NCBI GenBank assembly: GCA_002189035.1
Contig: CM007992.1
Coordinates: forward strand, 1,550,001 to 1,614,000
Source: Utricularia gibba
Lineage: Eukaryota; Plantae; Magnoliophyta
Reading direction: 5' to 3'
DNA length: 64,000 nt
Below are positions 23,501 to 33,259 of the stretch, in pieces. The notes under the pieces are model-generated. The model searched no databases. It was not told the origin of the DNA and saw nothing but the letters and a program-made list of their open reading frames with translations. Numbering within the stretch: the stretch's first letter is position 1; each line of letters begins with the position of its first letter. Both the position numbers and the translations under genes were made by a program.

Positions 23501-26500
23501 GACTTATAATCAGAGTGGATGCTCCTTAAAGATGATTAGGTCAGACAATGGAGGTGAAAATGAGGGAATCATTCATCAATTCACAATATCATATTCTCCA
23601 CAATAGAGTGGTATATGTGAAAGGAGAAACAAAGCAATTCTTGATATGTCAAGATGCCTATTGTTTAAGAAAGATCTTCCTGTAAATTTCTGGGCTAAAT
23701 CAATATCTACATTTGTATATCTTTTAAACTTGCTTCCTTCTAGGGTAATTAGTGAAAAAACCGCCCATGAAAAATGATATGATTATATTAAAAAAGTTGA
23801 TCATTTCAGAATCTTTGGTAGTTTGTGTTTTACTCATGTACCAGACCAAAAACAAGGAAAACTTGATAAGAAATCTGTATGTGATGTATTTGTTGGTTAT
23901 AGCAACACTACCAAAGGATATAAAGTTTATATACCTGACCAGAAGAAATTCATCTTTAGTCATGATATCTCTTTTGATGAAAGTGCAAAGTACACTTTGA
24001 TTAAAGATTACATTTCTGTAAATGATGCAGAAGCTCATAAAAATCTTGGAGGGCATAACACTCACGTGAAATTTGACCTTTGGATACACATACCTCAAAA
24101 CATCTCTTCCAGGGACTCAACAAACCAAGAAACTAAAGATGGAATTAAAAATATACAGGTGAATGAGAACTCAAAATCAACTTTGGAACTCTTCCATGAA
24201 GATTCAAATCAAGTAAATGATCAATATTCAGATGAGAATTTCCCACCTCCAAAAGAGGAGAAGGTTGCAAATGAAGACGACTCATCTGATGAGAATTCAA
24301 AATCAATCTTAGAACCCTTATATGAACAATCACATTAGGCCAATGATCAATATTCAGATGGGAATTTTGAAGTCCTAGAAGAGTAGCAAGGCACGAATGC
24401 AGAAGACTTATCAATAGATGAATCTGATGGAGAGGAACCTGATACTAATGATGAAGATTATTACCCATCTGATCGTGATTGGCAAGGAAACGAAAAAAAG
24501 ATCAGAGATTCAATAGATAATGAAGATAGTCATGTTACTGAAATAAGACGAAGCAAAAGAAACAAGACTCCTACAATAAGTTTCTCCAAGTTGAATGATG
24601 ATGTTCAAGATGTTGTAGCTGATATTTTGGCTGGATTATTGACAGGAGATCCAACATCATTTGAAGTGGCTGTACAAAATCCAAAATGGGGAGATGCCAT
24701 GGAGGAGGAAATGAATTCTACACTTAAAATGAAACATGGGAGTTAGTTGATAAACCCAAGGATAGGAGTTTCAAACCTATTGGTCTCAAGTGGTTATTCA
24801 AAACCAACATGAATACGGATGGTTTTGTTAACAAATATAAGGTTAGATTAGTAGCCAAGAGATATAGTCAGATCAAAGGAATAAATTTTCATGAGATTTT
24901 TGCACCAGTAGCAAGATTTGATATGATTAAAGTAATTCTTGCCATTTCAGCTGCTCATGGATAGAAAGTGCATCATATGGATGTGAAGACTGCGTTTTTG
25001 AATGGTGTGTTGGAGGAGGTTGTTTATGTTGAACAATCAAAGGGCTTTGAAGTGTCAGGTCATGAAGGCAAAGTATTGAAGCTAAATAAATCTATCTATG
25101 GGTTGAAGAAAGCTCTTAGAACATGGAATGAATGCATGGATAACTTTCTCCAGGGTATTGGTTTCAGAAAAACATATAGTGATTGCTCACTATATGTTAA
25201 AGAAAAGGGAGATGATCGTTTATTTGTTAGCCTATGTGTGGATGATCTTATGATTATCTTAGGTGATGAAAGGAAGATTAAAGAATTCAAAGCTCTACTC
25301 AAAAATGAATTCAAGATGACTGACTTTGGAATGATGTCCTACAATCTTGGCATAGAAATTCATCAACTTGCAAATGTTAGAACATTCATATCTCAGAAGA
25401 AGTACTGTAATTAACTTCTTGAAAGGTTTGGGTTCAAAGATGTCAATCCTTCAAAAACCCTCTTGGATTACAAACAAGTGATTGGAGAAAACAACTAGGG
25501 AAGGAATGTGGATGCTACTACTTATAGAAGTATGGTTGGAAGCCTCATATATCTCTAGCATACAAGGCCTGATTTGTGTTTTTGTGTAAATGTCTTATCT
25601 CACTTCCTCAACAAACCAACAACAACTCACATGATAGCTGTTAAAAGAGCTTTTAGATATATAAAATCTACTAATAATTTCGGATTGTTCTATCCCTATG
25701 AAGGTGAAAAACCAGTCTTGAAACTTAGAGCCTACTCATATAGTGATTATGGTATGGCTAAAGATAGCAAGAGTATATCTGGTGCATACTTCTTCTTAAA
25801 TAAGAACCCTATAATTTGGTTTTCGAAGAAACAAAAGGTGGTAACACAGTCAACAGCTGAAGCATAATACATCTCAGCAGCACATGCTTTGAACTATTAT
25901 GTTTGGTTGAGACAGATGTTAAACGAACTTGGATTCATACAAAAGGAAGCTACATATCTGCTTTTGGATAATCGAGCTGCAATCTCCATTGCCAAGGATC
26001 CAGCAAACTTCAACAAAGCCAAACACATAAGAATAAGGTATCATGTCATAAGGAATTACATCAAGGAAAAGAAGATCAAAGTGCAGTATGTTGAGAGTGG
26101 TAATCAGCTTGCTGATGGGCTTACCAAAGGTTTGAATAGAATTCAATTTGAGCTAACAAGGAAGAACATGAATCTCATGACTATGGAAGACTTTCTCAAG
26201 TTGGGAGATCTCGATCTAGAGGGGAGTGTTAGAGATCAGCCTCAATCTAAAACTTGAAGGTGATTGAAATCACTAATCTTGTGTCATAAAGTCATGTTTC
26301 AGTTAAAAGTGTTGGATTTGAATTGTTGGGCTTTTGTGTGTTTTTAATGATTGTGGTCCACTATTGGATAACTTAGGTATTAGGTATATATAAACCCTAC
26401 TAGGAACACGTGTGAATTAGGTTTTTGGTCATTCTTATTGTTCATGAGTCTTTTTTCATCTAATGCGATCTTATAAGAATTATCTTTTTGTTCTTTTCCA

Positions 26501-27500
26501 AGACTCTATCTTTCTTGCATTAACAATACCAATGATGTATCATCGTCTTGGATTCGATCCATAATATGTTAACTCATATAACAAGTAACCTTTGAAAGTA
26601 AGTAGTGTGTTTTAATATCTTGTGTTATATTGTTTTTTATTATTAATCTGTATTAATCTTTTTGTTATGCATGATTTATAGATTAGTGGACTCTATTTTT
26701 AAAGTTAATGGTTGGGATGATGATTGTGTGAAGTAGCTTGAGTTGCCTATTTTTTGGCCAGAGGTTAGTATGACTTTGTTGATATTATTTTTTTTTCTTT
26801 ATTTTAACGTTGATCAACATATAGGTCCCTAAGCAAAAGGGTACAATTGAATGTGAGATTTATGTGTTATACAATATGTATCTCTTCCTCCAACAAGCTC
26901 ACGACCTTTACACTATTGAAACACACCCTTTGTTTGTTAGTAATTTTCAAAATTTGTTGGTTATTTATTAGTCGTTACTAAATACTATTATATTTCTATA
27001 GATGGTACAAGATTGGTTCGTTAAAGAAGATGTTCGTGAATTTGCAGAATTAATGGAGATTCCTCATCGATCTAGGAGCGGCCGAGTAAGCAAACCTTTC
27101 AAAAAAATGTAGACATTGAACTTGTTTGTTGATATGAGCTTGTAGACTTTGTTATTTGTCTTTGACACTATTTATACATTATGTTTGATTCTTTAAATTT
27201 TTAAACAAACATTATACGGACAATCATAATATGCTTATGATTTCTCTAATTATAAATACATCTAATAACATTATACGGACAATCTATTTATTTGAATACT
27301 TATTATTATCATTCTAATTACATCTAATAAAAAATATATACAAGTATGTAGAAGGGCATAGAAAATACCATATAGGACCCATGCCCCTATAGAGGATGAC
27401 ACACGGGCATGGAGGGTGGCATACGGGTGTGGGCTACGCATATGGAGGGTGGCATACGGGCGTGGGTTATAGCAACCCACGTCTGTGTGTCATGCCGTGT
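20535..27500. mobile_element. Possible degraded DNA-transposon host sequence flanking the Copia (20535-21177 and 26531-~27500)
   Basis: Subterminal-like motifs (GGGTATATTTGACCC, repeated ATATTTGA), spliced-looking coding scraps at ~26690-27090 and short tandem repeats at 27187-27290 and 27405-27470. No paired TIR or TSD found. Confidence 0.3.
21178..26525 (+). mobile_element. Full-length but degenerate Ty1/Copia LTR retrotransposon (5348 bp); Ivana/Oryco-like by size and gag (inference)
   Basis: 5' LTR 21178-21478 and 3' LTR 26227-26525 (TGTTAGAGATCAGCC...CA). PBS TGATATCGGAGC (degenerate tRNA-iMet PBS) at 21479. PPT AGAGGGGAG before the 3' LTR. TSD ATATC/ATACC. gag PPIFDG, GAG-pre-integrase LWHKRFEH..CEVC, RT HHMDVKTAFLNG and CVDDL, RNase H ADGLTKGL; many stops. 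Confidence 0.95.
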
Positions 27501-28941
27501 GGAGTTTCCTAAATTGTATTATTGGATAATAGATGGACTTTTTTTTCCTAAACGATTTTGACAACTTAAAATGTATTGTTTGTAATTTCAAAATCAAAGA
27601 ATTATACTATTTATACTAATTAAAACTTAAATTATACTATTTATAAATTTTTATGTCGCATGTTAATAAGGTAAACAAAAAACAGAAAATAGAAGTTATA
27701 ATAATGACTTCCCAATCAAAACAACTTGATTGATATTAATAAAAATTACGTACAACCAAATATTAATATATTATAAAATTATTAAAATAGAAATAAAAGC
27801 AACATTAAAAAAGTGAAATTGCTGCCTAGCTTGATGACAGTTTCTACCAATTAGGAGGGTATGTGATTGAATAGATCAATCTATATTTGAATTTGATAAA
27901 ACATAATCCTCCTTTTCTTCACCTCAAATGAGACTTGTCAACACTATTAAATTTTGAAATGAAAACGAATTGTTCATGCATTGTGCGGGATGCTTTTTAC
28001 CCTCCCCACAGCGATGAGTATGTGGTCAATCTTGATTAAGCACCAATAATAAATCAATAGTGGATCTCATGCCCTCATTTCTACAAATTATTTGGTGTAA
28101 AATTGTTAACTTTGAAAAGTATATTATCTAAATTCATATAACTAGTTGGTTTAAAAAAGATCCTCAAAATAGGATTAAAAATGGTTTTATTAATCCACTT
28201 GTATCTATTTTATACATACAAATCAAATGCGCCTTGAGGGCTTAATTTTTTATAAAAAATGAATGATAAAATCAAATGGTGGGAAGAATCAACGACATAC
28301 CAATGCAGGATGGTGTATCAAACTATTCAATATTGCCGACTTATCACCCCTGGAAAAAGCCCAAGTGAAATGGAGGAGTATTTCTATTCAGAGGCAGCAA
28401 ATGACCCGTTAGCACATAAGCTTCTTAACGATTTTCCTCAAGTATTATCAAGGCCATATAAAGGGTCTATCACCAGCAGTCAGTGTTCGGAGCAAAAATA
28501 AAAGTTATTTTATTTAAAGTCATTCAATCTATTTTTAATTTAGTTATATGTTTAAATTAACTAAGTATTTTAACTCCGGTTAAACACATATAAAACACTA
28601 CATCCATAAATCACGGGCTTGTCGTCGATATTCACATAATCTCCATGCCTCTGTCATTTGTCGCCGAGAGGTTCTCAACCGCACTCCACATTTTCAGAAC
28701 ACTTTGAGACCCAGTCGTCGGGATTCATTACCGATAACGGGATAGGTTCTTGCTGCTGCTGGATCTGTTGGTTGGATCGTGTCATTTGGTAAGATTTTAT
28801 TGCAGAATATTAGAGGCTTGATGTCGTTGCACTAGGCAAGACTGTGAGTATGAACCTTTGCTGCCGTTATATGGTTTTCTGATGTTCCCGTCTCTGTTTC
28901 TAAAGATCAAAATCAGCGTCGGTTGCCGCTCGACTGAGAGA

Positions 28942-30445
28942 ATGAACGTTGCGCAAGAGTCTAGAGAATCTACGCCGTCGAATATTTCCAATTCAGGTAA
29001 ATCGGCTGAACGAAACCAGTTTCTCGGTAGGCTTGCGTGGTGTTCGATTTGTTTGTTGTTCCGATCAGTTATCAGATGCTTTTATTGAACTTAGGCATCT
29101 AGGTTTCTATTTGCTTGTTCGATTACGGTGCTAAGATAGATATCTGCGTGGCTGAGATCTGTGATGTCTTGTTCCGTAATTCACATGCATGAATAGACAA
29201 AGAGGCTTCATGCGAATATGTTTGATGAATTTGCGTGTGTATACATTGAAACAAGAGTTAAGTCTGGGCTGGAAACCGAGTAGTTATACCGGTTGATGCT
29301 ATTCAAAGGTCGTTTAGTATTTGAATCTTACATCCGTTGCAGGATTCTCTGGTGTCTGTATCATGAGCACCTCGTGGAAGGAAGCCCAACATTCATCTTT
29401 TATCAAGTTTATCTCTGCTTTTCTCGGCGCGAATTCTTACAGATTGAAATTCATGCCAATAGCTCCAGTTCTTTCTTTCCCCTCCTTCTTCTATTTAAAT
29501 TTGTAATATCAGTGCCTTATAGTATCTATCTGCAGGACTTCATTTTCAATTGTGGCGGGCTTTCTGTGGCCTTCGTGTTTGTCACTACTTGGAACTCTAC
29601 GGAAACTGCCTCCATCTTCAGCAGGTAACCGATGATCACTGTTTAAACTCCTTTCGCTTTCTTATCCACTTAGTTGAGCCTATGCAGAATCCAGAAATTG
29701 ACTGGACAATTTGCTCATTTGTACGTCGTTGTGACGCTGCCTTCGAAGGATCAAAATGAGAGTTTTGTGCACGCTTATTTCAAGTAAGTAGTTAAACTGA
29801 AAGTAAATCCTTCTGTTTCCTTCTGTGGTGTGGAGTTGAATTGAACGTATCCTCGTTCAAGATATGGGTTCGAGCTTGGCAAGCCATCTTTCATTCCTGT
29901 GCTAGACCTGGAAATGGGGTTCGAGAAGATTGTCAAAATAGCACATGCACGTGGAGGTACAATTAAGCATTTCATCTCTAACGGAATCTTACCTAAAACT
30001 TGATTGTCATTTCTAACTACCAACTCCATGACAGTCTGCAAGAAGCAAGATGCTATAGCCAAATTGAGAGCTGAGGTGCGTTTCAGTAATCACGGTACGT
30101 TTTACTGGTTTCTGGCTGCTGAATTACTTGCGAATATATGATTTTAGAGGACGACTTCGGTGCAATCCATGGAAATATACAAGAAAGTGGTGACATCAAT
30201 TCCAGGGATTGACAGCCATGACGCCAATACAGTATGTAAACCACTCTTACTTTTTCACGTCTCATTTTCACCAATCTCATATTCATTCCTTGCAGCTACA
30301 GCAAGCCATTGGCTCCATAGAAGCAGTTGCAAAAGCGTCCAAGAACCACATATTAGATAACACTGATCTCTCAGCGGAAAAAGCAGAAACCATTACCAGG
30401 TTCTTCAGAGACCCCAAGTTTTACCTCGGTCCTAAAATTAAATAA
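28942..30445 (+). CDS. PTD: PARTING DANCERS homolog (ERCC1-like partner of SHOC1, class I meiotic crossover); 8 coding exons, 244 aa. Exons 28942-28996, 29343-29467, 29536-29624, 29688-29783, 29862-29956, 30035-30075, 30148-30231, 30296-30445
   Basis: Spliced product contains [87 protein letters not shown] and [10 protein letters not shown], closely matching Arabidopsis PTD as I recall it. GT-AG junctions keep frame (735 nt). A probable 5'-UTR exon ends near 28790. Confidence 0.92.
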
Positions 30446-30539
30446 CTTTCGTTCCTCCCGCGCTGAGATGAAAAATGTGGTTGACGTAAGAACATGTTTC
30501 ATCAATCCAAAATTTTCGGATTTGATCGCAGTTACACTC

Positions 30540-31230
30540 ACGGAAGCTTGAACTTGATAACAACCAGCTGCTGCTGCACATTCATGGGTGAGACTCCGAA
30601 GGCGTTCCGGCTTACGCCCTCTGCGCTAAGATAAGAACATGTTTCATCAATCCACAGCACGCTCTGTCAACACCGAGAACCCGTATCTTGCCAGATTGTT
30701 CAGCACCTCGCCCATGGCAATTTAAATGTTGGCGTACAAAAATATCACCCCACTCACGGGTGTTGCCGTTGACCGTCGAATCCACTAGTGAGAGTAACCC
30801 CTGGTTGAAACTATCCCCCTTAGCTGACTCCTGCCGCGAGACCAACTGGTTATGGATGCAGCCTAGGGGACCGACGCCGGCGATGTAGAACTTGCTGAGG
30901 CTATCTGACGGGGTGTAACGTGTGAGAAGAAGATTGCAGGATAGACGTTGAGGAGGAGGTAGTTGTTAATTTAGTCCTTGCTGCCGGGCCCGGAGACGAG
31001 ATCCAAGATGGTGTTCGACACATACTCCACGGGATTTGCTCCGTTCATCATTTCCCCGAGTTGGCTAGAGTTGCCTCTATATGCGCCGCTGGCCGAGCAC
31101 AGAGAATGCCTTTCCTCTCTACGTACAAGGGTGCTGATTACATCATTTTCGGTTAGCCAGTAAAGTGTCAGATTCTTACATGCTGCCGACCGGTTTTGTC
31201 GAGGATGCCTCCTGTGGCGGAACTCCACCG
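30540..31230 (-). pseudogene. GDSL esterase/lipase pseudogene (downstream exons), right arm, tail-to-tail with PTD
   Basis: Minus strand gives SSATGGILDKTGRQH (block II region), FNQGLLSLVD, EVLNNLARYGFS and VDRACCGL, with frameshifts. Confidence 0.8.
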
Positions 31231-31518
31231 AGGAGTTCTTATCTCACGGGAATGGAATGGAAGAATAAACAAACGTAAGTGCCAAAGTAACCGACGAAGG
31301 CGCTGCAGTGGCCAATCTCGGACATAACCTTTGACAATTTTTCGGTGCTAACTGCTTCCGTGGACCAGAGTCGGGTCTCGAAAGACCCGAATCCAGGATC
31401 CAACTATTCCGATACCTAGAGATCAAGCTACTGGATTAAATAAACGGGAACAAACAAGGGTAGCTCAAGATACACTACTAGGGCGCTGCTCCCTGCGTAG
31501 TCAAGTCCCATGGGAGAT

Positions 31519-32152
31519 GTATAGCCCAGATTTGTAAATTACCAAAAAAATAAGTTGTTTTTTGCATTTTACCCTACCTTATGATTTTTTCGTTTTTGAA
31601 TGTTTTTTTTTTTTTTGGATTTATAATTTAGGGGTTCAATTTTAAAGTTTAATATTTAGTATTTATAACTTAAGAATATTATATATTAAGTTTTCATAAT
31701 TTTATGATTAATTTTTGTGATTATTTAGAGTTTAGGGTTTAAGATTTCACAATTTTTTAAAATTACTGATTTAGGGTTTAAGATTTTAATTGGGATTTAA
31801 TTTTTTTGGTTTCAGATTTAAATTTTAGAGTTTAAGGTTTAAATTTTAGAACTTGATATTTAGTTTTGTGATTTAAGATTTAAGGGTTTAAGATTTCGAA
31901 TTTAAATTTTAGATTTGAAGTTAGATTTTAGGTTTTAGACTATGAAATTTTTAAATTTCAGATTTCGTATTATGATTTAAGTAAAGATTAAGTTTTATAT
32001 ATTTTTATTTTTATGATTTAATTTATAACTTAAATCTTACTATAAAGTATTTTACAAATGGTAGACAAACATAAGGTAATTATCAAAGAAAATTTACAAG
32101 TAGGGTAAAATGCAAATATAATGCAATTCACAAACGTAAAACGTGGAGGCAG
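31519..32152. mobile_element. AT-rich MITE/Mutator-like insertion present only in the right-arm invertase promoter
   Basis: The left arm reads straight through this site (…CCCATGGGGGATGAGATATCTCCGGGCGCC…). The insert has imperfect TIRs (TTTGCATTTTACCCTAC / GTAGGGTAAAATGCAAA) and internal TTTAGGGTTT-like repeats. No clear TSD. Confidence 0.7.
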
Positions 32153-33178
32153 CTCCGGGCGCCGGCGGTGTCTTGGTATGCGAGAATTAGCCTCGTGAAT
32201 GAGAGGGTGAGATGTTGCAGTAAATGCATCGGAACTCCAAAACTAAATGCAGATAATGACACGGTGACCGTCTGCCTACACTAGCTACCTAACTTATGCA
32301 GCGCCCTTCCCACGGGGGCTCAAGCTCATGCACAATGCAGAGAGGAAGAGGCTTCACAGAGCTGAAAAATTGGCAACTGGTTTCCTAGAAGTCCTTAACC
32401 TTAGTGGCAATTGAAAACTTAGAAACTGGGGTTCTAAAAAGTCCTCAAAATTCAGCTATAGATGATGGATGATAGAACCAAATCAGCGACATACGCAGAG
32501 AACATTATACGGGCAATCCACGTTTTAGGGAGCTATCACTTCTCTTTCAATGGAGTATAGTATTCGACCTCGAAATTGCGCTGGAAGATGTACCACAGTT
32601 CCGGTTCGGTTTCAGATCATCGGCTGCTGGTTCCCAGCCTCCAGGGGCGTGCATCGCGGGCGTGTCACCTGGTTGACCCAAGCCTTCTTGAATTTCCAAT
32701 CGCCAGATTGTCTCCGGTGGCTATCAGCATGTGCTCAAAAAAATGGAAACAAATACACACGTGCAAATAGGAAAATATGGGATTTTGATATGCCCGAAAA
32801 AAATAAAATGATATTTGACTAACACCTGGTAACAAACTCGCTAAGCTACTGCCCAAACTTCAGGTAGCTGGGTCAGGCAAGACGTAAGACCAAGATGAGA
32901 TCACCCGAAAAAGTATCTCATTTTGGTTACGAAGGGGCGATAAAATCTCTATCATTAGTTAAACATCAAAACTAAAATTCTAATCTCATATTTAATCTTT
33001 TAATTGATACATTTCTAGTAATTTAATATTTACTGATTCATCCACGGGATCTGATCCAAATCAAAATAAAGATACATATTTTTTATTACTTATTCAAATA
33101 AACACGTTTGTTGATAGATTTCCTTAACAACAAATTTAACTGTTAATCCCCTCTAAACCCAAGATTTCTTTATTCCCT

Positions 33179-33186
33179 TATAAATA
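33179..33186 (+). promoter_or_regulatory. TATA box of invertase copy C
   Basis: TATAAATA ~75 bp upstream of the ATG at 33260. Confidence 0.75.
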
Positions 33187-33259
33187 CTCTTCAGATTCAC
33201 AGCATCCAAACTCAGCCTTATTCTTCTGGTTAGCTTCTGGTTTATTCGTCCTCCCACTC

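Noticed and set aside
27187-27470. Short direct repeats with spacers (CRISPR-like appearance)
   Set aside because: Only two-copy degenerate tandem duplications in a plant nuclear, transposon-like context; no regular repeat-spacer array and no cas genes.
31620-31990. Interstitial telomeric repeat (TTTAGGG-like)
   Set aside because: Scattered degenerate words inside a TIR-bounded insert, not a tandem TTTAGGG array. A similar AT-rich tract at ~51680-51910 is rejected for the same reason.
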